Shown: positions 14,163 through 29,639 of the stretch, in pieces | How the letters are laid out: every line of letters begins with the position of its first letter | Position numbering within the stretch: position 1 is the stretch's first letter | Source: the human T2T-CHM13v2.0 reference genome, Homo sapiens | Direction: 5' to 3' (one strand) | Assembly (NCBI RefSeq): GCF_009914755.1 | Contig: NC_060935.1 | DNA: 64,000 nt | Position numbers and translations under genes: made by a program | The notes under the pieces: model-generated | What the model saw: only the letters and a program-made list of their open reading frames with translations | The model's database searches: none | Told to the model about the DNA's origin: nothing

Positions 14163-15649
14163 CTAATATGCACTTACCTTAGACATATGTTAAGTATATA
14201 TACAACAAAGTGTAGTGGCAGGGCTAGGAACAAACCATGACTAAAACCTGAATCTCCTGATTTCTTACTAAGTTCTTATTTCCATGCTACCATGCAGTTA
14301 TCACTAAAAACAACTTAGTAGTACATCAAATCTGTAGAAGATTCAAGCATATATAATAAGATTCTTAGTTCAGTATAATGGCCATAATATTTTTTATTTC
14401 ATAAATATATTTATACCCTCCCTATCAGTCATTTTGGTCTATAATATCCCAACCACTGAGTTGATAAAGAGGATTATTTTCTTTGTAATTTAAAGTCGAT
14501 TTGTCTTCAAAGGCATAATCTCAAAATCCAAGCTTTATTTTTTTATTTTTAAAAAAGGAGTTTTCTAAATTTCCCAAATTCCCATTTTAATATAAAGAAA
14601 GATATGATATTGTTAAACTTACATTTTATAAATATCAGCAGGGTTATATGATTTAGCGAAACTGACAGCCAGCATAAGGACTATTCTCTTTGCAATAATG
14701 TGGATGAAGACCAGGATAGGGATGAGGATGTAGATTCGAATGGAAGCCAGAAATAGAGTACGAAAGTGAGACAAGATATAAATTTGAGTCTTCTCAGTTT
14801 CCCCTTGATATCAAAACATTTAAAGGGTAGACTGAGGTTCAGAAAACAGCCAGAGCAGAAAAGATTTCCCACCATTATAATGACTTCCCTGAAAAAAAAT
14901 TGAGAGATCCTAAGAGAGTTCTCTGGAATAACTGGTATCAGAAGAGTATGATGCTGCTCAGAAAGAACATTTAGGAATGGTTGGAGATTGTGAACAAACT
15001 CATTATTTGGAAAAAAAAAAAATGGGCAAATAAAGGGGAAGATTGAAGCATTTATCATGTGTTTTCTATACAAGCAATACTAATGAGTATTAAAATAGTA
15101 GATCGGGAAAGTTTCTTTTGTAGAACCAGAAAAGAATGACAAAATTAGAATAACATCACTGTGAAACTGCTAATGAATCTAGACAGAGAGCCTCTGTCTA
15201 TTCATATTCTATGAGACTTCCTCAAGTCTCATTAACAAAGTCCAAAACCAAGCCTAACAAGATTGTTAGAGGACACAGGATTTGGATACTGAGTTAGGGG
15301 CCTAGGAAATGCTTTGAGCTTTCCTAGATTTACACTTAATACAGCATTGCCTGAGCCAAGACAAGTTTGACCAGTAATTTGAAAAGTTCAAGGTGGTCAA
15401 CCAGTGTTAAAATTGAAAACTCTTTGAAGGAAGAAAAACCCCTAGCCTGCACAAGGCATTGTTCATGTGTCTGGTATTTAATACAAAATCACCATATTAA
15501 TGATTTTTGTTTTAAAAAATCCATAACAAAGAATGGGAAAACAGAAAAAGCAAACTACAGATGAAAGAGATGCTGAACCTAAAATATGAAGACTTTAAGG
15601 TAGTTATAATAATTACTTTTAAATAAGTTAAATATGATGGTAATATGAA

Positions 15650-16510
15650 GGCAGGAATGAAATAACAACAGAGATAAAAGAATAAATGAGAACTCTAAAA
15701 CTGAAAGGTAGATTAATGAAAATGAAAATAGGCACTGAATGGATTTAGCAGCAAAAAGGAGATAGTAAAAAAAGGTATTTACCAAATAACTTAGAAAATA
15801 ATATTCCAGTCTGAAAAAGATAGAAGGGGAAATATTAATTAAAAATAAACAGAGTCTCAGAGGCCAGTATCACAACATCATACAATCCAACATATATGTA
15901 ACTGAAGTATCAGTAAGAGAAGAAAGTACAATGTTAGCAGAAAAAATATTTAAAGAAATTATGGTCAAAAATTTCTAATTTTGATGAAAAATACTAACTT
16001 AAAGATCTGAGAATATCATGCATGTGGAGATTTGTGTGCATGTGGGTCTGTAATCGTCAATGTTACAAATAGAGTGGGGCACTGGTGTATATTTGATTTC
16101 CCCAAATGCAGACAGGAAAAGAGCAACAGAGCAGCAAATAAGCAAAAGGTACAAATAGGAAGATGACATGTCTAAACACAACATCAATAATTACATTAAA
16201 TCATATAAATAAGTAATGATTACTATTGGGTAGTTGCTCCAATGAGTCATCAGAGATGTGCAAGTTGAAACTACCTCATCCCCAGTTGGATGGGTTAAGA
16301 AACAAAAGAAACAAAAGACCAGAAATACAAAGTGATCGTGAGGATGGGGAGCAAATGCAACTCCCATTCATTGTCACTGGGAGCATACAATGATCTAACT
16401 CTTTTGGAAAACAATTTGACAGTTTCTCGTAATGTTAAACATGCATTTACCATACAATCCAATAATTCTTATCCAAGGTGTTTACCCAAGAGAAATTAAA
16501 AACAAAACTG
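15650..16510 (+). mobile_element. Old L1ME fragments (ORF1 region and 3' end)
   Basis: gcagaaaaaatatttaaagaaattatggtcaaaaattt; ttttggaaaacaatttgacagtttc...catgcatttaccatacaatcc. Confidence 0.65.
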
Positions 16511-16625
16511 GAATATACTTTCAAACACATTCACTTTTCTCTCAGCCTAAGGATTCAGTTCTATAGGCTCTTCAAAACAGCTTCCCCTACAATGAGTAAT
16601 ACAGGAAAGAAGGAGATAGACACAT

Positions 16626-16627
<2 letters not shown>

Positions 16628-16666
<39 letters not shown>
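16628..16666. repeat. (AC)n microsatellite
   Basis: Perfect run of about 19 units. Confidence 0.95.
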
Positions 16667-16669
<3 letters not shown>

Positions 16670-16999
16670 TGATAAAAATAGTAGTCATTTTGTAATCTAG
16701 TCTCAAATGTGACATGTAATTAGTCTTTGAATTTTAGTATTTCCAGTCTTTTGAATTTTAACCATTTTATTGGGATGAAGTGATTTCAGCTTTCATTTTA
16801 CTGATGACTAATTGGAGTTATTAGTTACTTTACATATAATTATTGATATAGTTTAATGTTGTTATTAATATGATGTTTAAGTTTGTAATATTGTGTCATC
16901 TATACTGTATTATGAAGCAATTCTTTAAATGCTTCATAATTAAGAAGCCAGATAACAGAAATTAAGAATTAATAATTCTTCCACCTTTTGAGGGGAAGA

Positions 17000-17480
17000 A
17001 TATCAAAAACTTCGTAGAAATTTTTTTAAACAAACACACTCTACACTCTGAACATATAGCATATACATTTTTCCCACAATTAAAATACTTTCATCCCTAG
17101 AAAAGGTCACAAAAGCCCCATCAATCACAATATTTAGTTGAAATCCTGAGTGTCATCATTTAAATCATGTTGAGATCTGGATGAAGTTCCTCAGGTGTAG
17201 TTCTTTAAATGTAGCACCTTGAGTACCATTCCTCTTAAGCTGAACACCTATGAAATAAAAAAGATAGTTATTTACGGCTATACATGCAAAACACAATGGT
17301 GGCATAGGACAATCATTATTGACATTTATGTTCAAAAATAGGGAGCATGAGAGACAAAAATCATTGACAATAGTAATTCTGAAATTCAGACTGACTTGTT
17401 AAATGTTCCTAGATGAGTTCTCATGAATTCTGGCTTTGTGCTCTGTTCTCTTGGTTCTGCTCTCTGAGGCATCCTTTATT
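17000..17480 (-). mobile_element. MLT1-int (MaLR internal) remnant
   Basis: acacaatggtggcataggacaa...gacatttatgttcaaaaatagggag resembles MLT1-int. Confidence 0.5.
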
Positions 17481-19397
17481 TTTTTTTTTCATGGAGAATA
17501 ACATATTGATATGAATGAAGGAATAAACTGAATATTTATGTGGCATTAACTATAGGGATAAAACATTAATTAACAATATATTCTTGGATAATTCAATATC
17601 ATAACTTGGGTCAGACACCATGGTGTTAATTCACTGCCTTCCTAACAAAGGTAATTCTCAGACAACAGCAATTGAGCCTTGCGTGGATTCTCTGTAACGC
17701 TCAGTAATTTGCAGGCATTCAAGAAATATAAAAAACAGAAAATAATTTTAACATCAACAACAATGAAAGTGGACAGCTAGACAATAAACTTCTCCTATGT
17801 CCCTAAAAATGAAACTAAGAAAAGTAAAAACTGCTAGGACATGAAAAGTAGCAATTTTCTTTATTATCTAAAAATGTGTTAGGAAAGATACTGATAGTTT
17901 AGTTTTGATAAAATAGAAAGGTAGAGAAAGACATTACAGGAAAGGAGAAACTAAGAAATGTCTTTTGCTGCAAATACTTAATAATGTTTATGTGCAATTC
18001 TCTTTCTAACACCAGACATAGACTTTGCTGCTGAGAACAAGTCTAGGAGTAAATATATAACATGGATTCTTTCTTCACTGAGCTACACATTTGAAAAGAT
18101 AGAGCTATAACTCAGCATGCACCTTTGGTGTATTACAAGGTTTTATTTTCTCATACATGTACCATTATTATCGCTAAAATAGAAACAAATACAGCCTAAT
18201 GAGGCCGTTATTTCTCTAGCATTTGGAGTAGCTGTAACATAATTTTCCACACTCATTATCCGCCACAGATATTGTGAGTACAATGTCTAAAAAATAAATC
18301 TCCTTGTAAGATAATATCACTTCCTTTTAAAATCCTGATAATTACATTTAGTATAAAGGATGGAATAAATAAGAGTTTTGTTTATTCTACTTAGATACAT
18401 GCCTGTACTGGCAATTTTATACTCATTTTTTGAGGATACTAGGAAGCTCCATCACCCAAAATATTTGTTGAATGCCCACTGAAAGCTGATATTGTTTAAT
18501 GATGTACAAAATTTGTATTTCATAATTTAAGATATAGAAGCAAATGCTAATATTATTATTATAGATGAATTGTCAACATAGCCAACCATTCTAGGTCTGT
18601 TTTGCATTGAAAAAAATATAACTAATAATTAATATTAACTCAATATATTTCAACTCCCAAGTTTTTGTTTCTAAATATTCAACATTGAATTATTCTAGAA
18701 AGCAAGTTTAAACTGGAATAGAGAACAGTGACAATTGAAGATGTTTCAAACATTAGGAAAGGAGAGTGGGCGACGAGCACAGAAATTCACAGTAAAAGAC
18801 TGAGCAAAGGAACTCTAGCACCAGAGATAAAACTTGCAAACATCAGAATGACTTGGGAATGACGGGATCCAAGATGATTTCAGCTTGTTACACAGTGTTG
18901 TATTCTAGTGAGTTTATTAAGCACTTGGAAGCTCAATTTTATTATCTTGTAAAATGGGAATAATAATATACATTTTATTGAGCTACTGGCATAATGTCAG
19001 TAAAATTCTTATCAAAGAACAAGGATCATATCTAATGACTAAAAAGTTAACGGATACATTTTAATATATTTAGGCATAAAATCATCTTTTCCAAGATGAA
19101 GAAATTTGCTCAGAATATTGATATGATCAAAGTGTATCATAAACCTCAGGCAGCAGAAAACTGATTGACAGATTATTTTATATGTCTCTATCTTCTAATA
19201 CAGTGACTGGCACCTGGACAGGAGTCTATGAGTATTGAACTATTTGATGAATAAATAAATAATAATTTGCCAAGGTCAAATGGCAATTTGGTTGCTAAGC
19301 AAGCATTCAAACCCATGACTCAGCGGCATCAGTTCATTCTCTCTGACTTCTTAATTCTCCCTTTCCGCCTGATCCCTTTCTTTCTCTCTCTGCATCA

Positions 19398-19400
19398 GAC

Positions 19401-19431
<31 letters not shown>

Positions 19432-19450
19432 GACAGAGAGAGACAGGGAC
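19398..19450. repeat. (GA)n/(GACA)n compound microsatellite
   Basis: Directly visible. Confidence 0.9.
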
Positions 19451-21428
19451 AGGGCCGTAGAAAATTGAGGATTTGATTTAAGAAGATGTAAGATCATAGC
19501 TGGAAATTTCAAACAAATCAGGTTGAGTAGAGGGCCATTGTCATCCAAGTGGGAATATAGAATATGGTTATCTGTGAAAAAGCAAGAGGAGGCATTTAAC
19601 CAATATGTATCACATACTTTTTTTCTTTCCTAGACCTGAAAGTGTTATTATAACATAAAATAATTACTTTTCAAAAAATTTAGTCTTAGTATCATTAAAG
19701 CAATGGAAGATAACACCAAGATATTTTTTCACTTAAGGTTTAGTAACATAGGGTAGCAAATTCAGGAATTCTATTTAGCAAAAAGATCTTGTCTGCTTAT
19801 GAGCATATTGCCTTTATTTATCTAAGGAGTTCTTTCTCCAACTTTCTGTGTTGCTTCCTAGATTCTGAAAAATCAGTGTTTTTTTAAAAAACTAACATTT
19901 TTAAAGGAAGTACTCAAGCTGTCTTTAGGACTTAGCTAAACACATTTGTGTTTAGGGCCTAGGGAAAGTAACTGCAAATGCACTCACAACCTTTATAGAT
20001 TTTTGCCTCTGTTCTGAACAGAACCTCAAGGATGTGGTTGTTTTCAACTTTAAAAGTGAAACTCTGCAAAGAATGTTTGATTAGGCTGACAACATTCAAA
20101 GGTAAATCTAGAAATAAGTGTTTACAAGTTTTACAGTGTCCTCTTTAAGAGGAAATGGCTATTCTGCTTTAACTGAGAGGATAAAATGCTCTTTATAACA
20201 CGTGCTTTTGGAGATCTAACCCTTAGGTACTCAGGATCTAATTAGTCCATCTACAGGTAAATATGTGTTTTTAATGGTGCTATCCAATGTGATATTTTAT
20301 ATTACTTCTGATTTCCTGACTTCATGTATTTATTACATGGAGAATAGAAACTATGTAATACAATATTTCAACTCTTAATAGTCTATTCTTCAAAATGACT
20401 AATACTGATGACAACCTGTCTGAAATATTTTCCAAAGTTTATTTTGTCACACTTGTCAATTTAGCAACCATTATATCTTCAGTGGTTTGGCTAAGTCTAC
20501 CTAAGCAAGGAACTTAAATTTTCTTCTACTTAATTTTTGTTGTAATTTTTTCTTATTTCTACTATAGTTATGAAATTCTAATTTTGCAAGAATATTTTCC
20601 CTGAATTTCCTTAAATTGGGATTAAATCTGCATAATCATAATGCCAAACCACTTCAACTGTCTTTCCAATTTTTTTTTAATTTGCCTCTTTTATCTTTGT
20701 GCTAGGATAGTTCTTCTGGGCTATCTCAGGAATAAATCACCCAGGAAAATATTGGCTTTCTTGTAATAAGCCAAAAATATGATGAGAACGGCTATAAAAG
20801 AATCAATTGGACCAGTTGTGAGGGTAATATCATGGTCTTTAAATATAGTTCTTGTATTTTATTCTATGTTATGTTATGCTACTTTATGTTAAACAACACT
20901 TTATCCCTGTGTAGTATTTTTTAAAATACTCACTAAACTTTTAAAATTTATTATATATAATGAATATATATAATATACATAATGTTAAAAGCATTTGACA
21001 GTACAGATAAGCTTTAAAAAAAGACTCCCAAATCTAATTTCTAATGACAAAAAATCATTTTTGTTATTTTTTTCTATTAACTCTAGGTTACAATTAATTA
21101 AACTTGGATTTTTAGAATTTTATTGTGAAAACATTATATATTCACTCCATTATCAGAAATACATAGAGCTAGTTACCTTGCCATAACCTCACCTCCTTTA
21201 TACCATCTCTCAATGCAGTTATATAATTATTCCTGTCTTTCCACTGGTCAAATCTGCATTTTCAAACAATATACTAGAACTTCTATTTCTTTTTCCAAAA
21301 TGTTAGACACTATTTTTTTGACTCTCTGTTTTGTTGGTTTTGTAGCTGTTGTTTGTAAGTTAAAAGCCAATAAAAATTATTATTGTGATTCTGTAACTGT
21401 TTGCAGTAAGAAGTCAAGTGATATTCTG

Positions 21429-22462
<1,034 letters not shown>

Positions 22463-24339
22463 CAACGTGATAACATTTCCTTCTCTAGACATCCAGACAT
22501 TACAATTATGCCAAATAAAGGTGACTGTCTCCAGTTCAAAAGCCTTCTTGTTTATAATTTACACTATACAAATTGCACAAAATAATGCACATTATAGCTT
22601 TTTTTTTTCTCATTTTTGGTACCATCCTTTTTCTATTTGTTTTTTATGGAGTTTCCATTTTTTTTTTTTTTTTACTAGATCAGATACACTGTTGTCTTCC
22701 CTTAACTGATCCAGGATTAGACTTGAATTCAGAAACTTTCTCTTTTTTAGTATAATCACTTGTTTTATTAAGGTACATTTTCTAAGAAGTTCCTAAAAAT
22801 ATTTTATGGAAAATAAAATTTGAGTTTTGTAAATATAAAAATAATTTTATATGGCCTCCATATTTTTGGATAATTCAACTGAATATACATTTATAGATAG
22901 AAAATTATTTTCCCCAGAACTTTGTACATCTCACTTTGCTGTCTAACCACAAGTAATTTACCTTTTTCCTTGAATTTCTTATTTATTTAATATTTGTTTA
23001 TTGATTTGATATTGATAGCTCCTTGAATTTATCTTTGACCCAATTAATGTACTTACATGGTCCCTGTTCAATCTCCAGCATGTAGTAGAGTGGCTGATGA
23101 AAAAAGGCTCGTAATAAACATATATTGATCCTCTATTACCTGATTCTATGATCTTTTAGCATCTCATCATCATTTATAAGAACTTTATAATGCAAATAAT
23201 TTGTATTTTTTAATTAAAGAAAGGCTTCTTATGAGGATGATTATTGACATATTTTACTTTCTTTCATCTTGTTTTCTTAATTCATTATGAAATATACGTG
23301 GAGCACTTCATTTTGAGAAAATTCTTTTTGTAGTTTTTAGGTAATCTAGTTCGTCCATTTTAGCAAATGTGATTATTCTGATCAACACCTAGCAACACAA
23401 TCTTATAGGCAAAGGTTAAATTATGTGAGACATAACAATATTTGCTCTGATATTTCTATAGTAAAGTAGTTCTTTTTGGATATTCCTTATTATGATATTT
23501 TATGTAAAATGTATATCTTAGAATAGGAATTAGAAAAAAGTATAAAAATAGAAAAAATAAAAATAGAAAAAGAATTTAGAAAAATCTAAATTTGATATGT
23601 ACAATCTCAATAAATATATACAATTAATGTATTCATTCACTAAAAATGTTTAATAGCACGTATATCCAAATAATATATTGATAATGGGATAAAAAATTCA
23701 ATAAGATATAGCTATTAGTTATAAACCATAGTTATATTAAGTTATATCAGTGTATACATTTATCACTTACATAAGCATTTATTACTTATATAAACATACG
23801 CATATAACTTATGAAGTATATGTTATTAATTGTATGTGTAACACTTTGACAATGTTTAATTGAAACATGATCATTGTAACTTTCTTAAAGAAGGATATTT
23901 TAATCACTTCTAGAATCTATACAAAAATGAAACAAAATTTGATGGTTAGAATGTCAATAATATAAAAGGTAAAACATTGTATCACATTATTTGAATAGCA
24001 AACTCCAAATATTGTATCTATTAGAATCCATCATCCAAAGTGGCGATAGTGTTTAAAAGCAGCCATTTGAATTCTATTACTTAAAATAAGACAGAATTGT
24101 AACCCTTACATCTTTATATGGCTAAATTTTTTATTAATATAACATATGGACAAAAGAAAAGCTCTCTTGTTTTTAAATATATTGTAATTTGCATAGATGC
24201 TATACACATACTAGGCTCTCTATAAATAGCCAATGAATTATGGTATCTAGGAGCTGGATACGAAAAAGAAATTGAGTTGGCATTAAAATAATGCCTGAGA
24301 ACTAAATGCAATCACCATACATAAAAATCTACATTGAGT

Positions 24340-24547
24340 ATTTATGTTTCAAATTCAAATTTTCAACAGTAAATGAAAATAACGATATATTGTAGTTTTT
24401 TAAATCTTGCAGATATTAGATTTTTAAATGCTCCCAACACATACACAAAAATGTTAAATATGTGAAGTAATGCATATGTTATTTAGCTCAATTTAGCCAT
24501 TCTGCAATGTATATAACTATTTCAGATCATCACATACAAGATAAATA
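24340..24547 (+). mobile_element. L1MA 3' UTR end, resuming at about 27045-27065 after Tigger3b
   Basis: gtgaagtaatgcatatgttatttagctcaatttagccattc...; tail atatacaatttttatttgtcaa follows the Tigger. Confidence 0.75.
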
Positions 24548-27042
24548 CAATTTTGTGTTGTTTAACAGGGTAATCTCTGAGAAATGCATTGTCACACAAT
24601 TTTGTCATTGTACAACCATCACAGAGTATACTTACACAAACCTAGACGGTAGAGCCTACTATACACCTGACTATATGATACACTCCTAGGCTGTGGGGTA
24701 TTGCTCCTAGGCTACAAACCTGTAGAGCATGTTACTATAAGCAGTTGTAACACACTTGTAGGTATTTACGTATGTAAATACATTTAAACACAGAAAAGGT
24801 ACAGTAAAATATGATATAAAATATAGAAAATGGTATAATCTTACAGGGCACTTTCCATGAATGGAGCTTGCAGGATTGGAAGTTGCATTGGGTGAGTAAG
24901 TGAACGAGTGTGAAGGCCTACTTCACATTACTATAGGACATTACAGTAACCTACTATAGACTTTATAAACTTTATAAACCCTTAGGCTACACTAAATTTA
25001 TTAAAAACTTCTTTTTTCAATAATAAATTAGCTTTGGCTTACTATAGTATTTTTACTTTATAAGCTTTTAAATTGTTTAACTCTTTTACTCTTTTGCAAT
25101 AACACTTAAAACACAAACACATTTTACAGTTGTACAAAAATATTGTTTTCTTTCTTTTCTTATGATAAAAACTTTATTGTCTTAAATATCAAATGTTTTA
25201 TGCACTACTTTTTCTTCTGAAAGTTCCTATAAAAAAAGAAAAAATGAAGTGTTTTGATTATTTAGGGCTCACTTACATTTCAGTATGTGACAAAAATTCA
25301 AACCCAAACGCATGTAGTTCACTCAGTTTCAGACAGGTCCTTTGTTCAGCCCCTAAACGAATGGCACAATGCCACCGATTTGGGAATTCCTGAGTTTGGT
25401 TCCCTTAAGTTCTAAGAGTTTTCCCAACTCTCAAAACCAAAGCATCATGGAAGTGACAGGGCCACCGGCAAGACTTTTTGCCAGTCAGCCTAGTTCTTCT
25501 TTTAAGATGCAATAATCTCAAAGCTTAAAGAAGTCAGAAAATCTTACAATACAAGAGTAATTGCAAGAACATATAAAGAGGGAAAAGAAAAGACGGGGTT
25601 TCTATTTGCTAAGATTTGCCAAACATGGCTACAAAACTGGTAAACAAACCTTTCTTGAGGGCAAAGTCCATTAGCCCAACTTGCCATGAAGATGAGATTT
25701 GGAATAAAAATGAACAAATCAATTTTTGTTGTAGATACAAAGCGAAAAAATAAAATTCAATCAATATATTGAATTTCTTTGAGTTTTTCACCAGAACTAT
25801 TTCAAAAGGATGATCAGGGGATAGAATGGAAATCTAGTCATTCAAATGGGAAGGTCTTGGATGGGTGGCATAAACCCAGAAATCTGTGAAGATTCAGGAA
25901 TGGAAAAATAAGTCTGGTCAGCATCAGGTAATCTTAGACAGAAGGAAGCAGGAAACGAATGTGCCTGCCTCTGGCAGGAAATGCAGGTCTGCCATTTTTA
26001 GGCCACAGACACATTCATTCAGGGTTGTGTGTAAAACCAACTCTTGTAAACAAAATAACTTCCCATCAGAAATGCATGTTCCTAGGAAAAATAATACTGC
26101 AGCATGCCCCCCTCCACAAATTAGCTAATGAAAACCTTCTTACAGAACATAAAGAAACCTAGTCCTGTCTAAATTATCATAATTTTGTATTTCATGCCCC
26201 ACGACCCCAGTCTTCCATAGTTGGCTTAACGTTTTTAGGTAAAAGAAACATTCTCTAACCCCTATGCCCTTGAACCATTTTCTTGGCAGATTTCATTCCA
26301 GAAGTAGTGCCCTAAAACTTGTCAGCTGTATCCTTTCACGTTCTACAGCCTCCAGAGGGTCTAGATTACCGATCATCGATACATAACTGATAAACCTTTG
26401 AGAACATTTTCTAACTGTAAACCTCAGAAGTCAATATTTTTCTATATATCTTTATTCTATAAACTTATTTCTGTTTCTAATTTTTTATTTATACTTTTTA
26501 AGATTTTTGTTAAAAACTAAGACACGAGCACACACATTGGCCTAGGCCTACACAGCGTCAGGATCATCAATGTTATTATATTCCACCTCCCTATCTTTGT
26601 CTTAATGGAAGGTCTTCAGGGGCAATAACACACGTGGAGCTTTTATCTCCTATAATAACAAGGCAGTCTTCTGAAATATCTCCTGAAGGACATACCTGAG
26701 GTTATTTTACAGTTAACATTTTTGTAATAAGTAGAAAGTGTACACTCTAAAATAATAATTAAAAATAGCATGGTAAATACATAAATCAGTAACAGTCATT
26801 TATTGTCAAGTATTATGTACTGTACATAATTTTATGTGCTATAACTTTATAAAACTGGCAGTGCAGTAGGTTTGTTTACACCAATGTCATCACAAACATG
26901 TGAGTGATGTGTTGAGCTATGGTGTTACAAGGGTTCCAACACCACTGAGTGATATAAATTTATCCATTTCATTATAATCTGCTGGGACCACTGTCATATA
27001 TGTGGTCCACCACTGACTGAAATATTATGTGGTATATAACTG
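24548..27042 (-). mobile_element. Tigger3b-type DNA transposon (about 1.2 kb) split by a 1.28 kb insertion
   Basis: Left part tctgagaaatgc...acacaaacctagacggtagagcctacta; right part ggcagtgcagtaggtttgtttacacc...gggaccactgtcatatatgtggtcc; the halves (24548-25151, 26433-27042) are collinear. Confidence 0.88.
25152..26432 (-). pseudogene. NORAD: 5'-truncated processed retrocopy of an RNA 3' end, recalled as lncRNA NORAD (LINC00657)
   Basis: Seen directly: degenerate poly-A tail (T-rich, about 25146-25161), AATAAA on the minus strand (tttatt 25173-25178), imperfect TSD aatattgttttct/aatatttttct, and interruption of a collinear Tigger3b. The NORAD identity rests on recalled sequence (end ...catttgatatttaagacaataaagtttttatcataa) and was not verified by search. 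Confidence 0.72.
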
Positions 27043-27230
27043 CATATACAATTTTTATTTGTCAACAGTAAACATATAAGGAGAAAAAAGAACATCTCTT
27101 GCTACTGGAAGGGAATGTCTTACTCTGTGTAAGTGGGTACGCATAAGACATATATAGGCTTTTAGATAAATTCTTGTTATTAGAAATAATGTTAACTGGT
27201 AATTTGAGGCTTTGCTTAGTATCTTAATTC

Positions 27231-28730
27231 TTTTTTTTAATTATTATGTTTCAAGTTCTGGGATACATATGCAGAACGTGAAGGTTCGTTACATAGGTAT
27301 ATACATGCCATGGTAGTTGCTGCACCTATCAACCCGTCATCTACATTAAGTATTTCTCCTAATGCTATCCCTCCCCTAGCCCCCCACCCCCTGACAGACC
27401 CTGGTGTGTGATGTTCCCCTCCCTGTGTCCATGTGTTCTCAATGTTCAACTCCCACTTATAAGTGACAGCATGTGGTGTTTGGTTTTCTGTTCCTGTGTT
27501 AGTTTGCTGAGAATGATGGTTTTCAGCTTCATCCATGTCCCTGCAAAGGACATGAACTCATCCTTTTTTATGGCTGCATAGTATTCCATGGCGTGTATGT
27601 GCCACATTTTCTCTATCCAGTCTATCATTGATGGGCATTTTGGTTAGTTCCAAGTGTTTTCTATTGTGAACAGTGCCACAGTAAACATACATGTGCATGT
27701 GTCTTCATAGTAGAATGATTCATAATCCTTTGGGTATATACCCAGTAATGGGATTGCTGGGTCAAATGGTATTTCTTATTCTAGATCCTTGAGGAATCAT
27801 CACACTGTCTTCCACAATGGTTGAACTAATTTACACTCCCACCAACAGTGTAAAAGCATTCCTATTTCTCCACATCCTCTCCAGCGTCTGTTGTTTCCAG
27901 ACTTTTTAATGATCGCCATTCTAACTGGCATGAGATGGTATGTCTTTGTGGTTTTGATTTGCATTTCTCTAATGACCAGTGATGATGAGCTTTTTTTTCA
28001 TATGTTTGTTGGCTGCATAAATGTCTTCTTTTGAGAAGTGTCTGTTTATTTGCTTCATCCACTTTTTGATGAGGTTGTTTGTTTTTTTCTTGTAAATTTG
28101 GTTAAGTTCCTTGTAGATTCTGGATATTAACCCTTTGTCAGATGGATAGATTGCCTAAATTTTCTCCCATTCTGTAGCTTGCCTGTTCGCTCTGATGATA
28201 GTTTCTTTTGCTGTGCAGAAGCTCTTTAGTTTAATTAGATCTCATTTGTCAATTTTGGCTTTTGTTGCCATTGCTTTTGGTGTTTTAGTCATGAAGACTT
28301 TGCTCATGCCTATGTCCTGAATGGTATTGCCTAGGTTTTCTTCTAGCGTTTTTATGTTTTTAGGTTTTACATTTAAGTCTTTAATCCATCTCGAGTTAAT
28401 TTTTGTATAAGATGTAAAGAAGGGGTCCGGTTTCAGTTTTCTGCATATGGCTGGCCAGTTTTCCTAACACTATTTATTAAATAGGGAATCCTCTCCCCAT
28501 TGCTTGTTTTTGTCAGGTTTGTCAAAGATCAGATGGTTGTGGATGTGTGGCATTATTTCTGAGGCCTCTGTTTTGTTCCATTGGTTTATATATCGGTTTT
28601 GGTACCAGTGCCATGCTGTTTTGGTCATTGTAGACTTGCAGTATAGTTTGAAATCAGGTAGTGTTATGCCTCCAGCTTTGTTCTTTTTGCTTAGGAGTGT
28701 CTTGGCTATATGGGCTCCTTTATGGTTCCA
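27231..28730 (-). mobile_element. 5'-truncated L1PA7/8-like element (3' 1.5 kb)
   Basis: ORF2 C-terminal fragments (MIDWIEKMWHI...); TSD tagtatcttaattctt at 27217 and tagtattttaattctt at 28731. Confidence 0.92.
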
Positions 28731-29639
28731 TAGTATTTTAATTCTTAAATGAGGATAAGAATCTACTGATCTCCAATAATCACAAGAAGTATTGAAAAAT
28801 GATAAAAGAAAGAAATGTTGCAGCTTGAAAACTTCACTAATGTGTTATTGTACAGCTCAATAACAATATACTGGATTGTTAAATATCAGTTTTATTTTTA
28901 ATAGACATATGATAAGAACTATTATTTTATAATAGTAATTGTAATAATAGTATACCACTTTTTGTAAGGGATATAAAATATCATCTGAATTTTCTTTCTG
29001 AAAACCAAGATTAAAAATAAAATAAACTGATAAACATAATAATGAATGTAGGACAACAATACTTACACAGAGACCACTCAAAAAGATGAAAATTTTGCAA
29101 AAAAAAAGAAAAATCTTGTGAAATAATTAGAAAGAAGCTAGGGCAACCAACATTTAATGGACACAAAGAGCCAAGACAAGGGAGAAACAACTTGAGAACA
29201 TAAGCTGACTGACATTGGCAGACACTTTCTCTGTCAAGATATCTGTCAATTCTGGTCAAAGGGAAAAAGTTTAAGATTTGAAAAAGAGCTCAGGCCAAGA
29301 GCCTCTACCAAGAGGCAAAAAAATCAACAGAGATATGAGATAAAAATCTCTATAACATTATTCTGAGAAGAAAAAAATTAGTTTTTAACAACTGTCAGTG
29401 GGAGAGAACCTACTGGTGATTATCCTAGACTCTCAGAATATGTAGAAGGCTGTACACTATGAGGAGGAGAAAATTCAGGGTCAGAGGTAGCTTTGGAATT
29501 TTCAAATGATCTTGGATCCATCTCAGTCTCTACTTAAAAAGGTGATAAGTCTCTTCTCTACCTGCCTGAGTAGAGAAAAGGCTGATTATCTCTGGAGAAA
29601 AATATAGTCATAAAATTCTGTATTTTTTTCACTATAATG

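Noticed and set aside
14681-15073. 130-aa minus-strand ORF
   Set aside because: It is Phe/Leu/Ser-rich as expected from the antisense of A-rich DNA, with no recognisable homology.
25193-26162. Short ORFs inside the retrocopy
   Set aside because: They are mostly antisense to the inferred parent RNA, short and unrecognisable; the insert looks non-coding.
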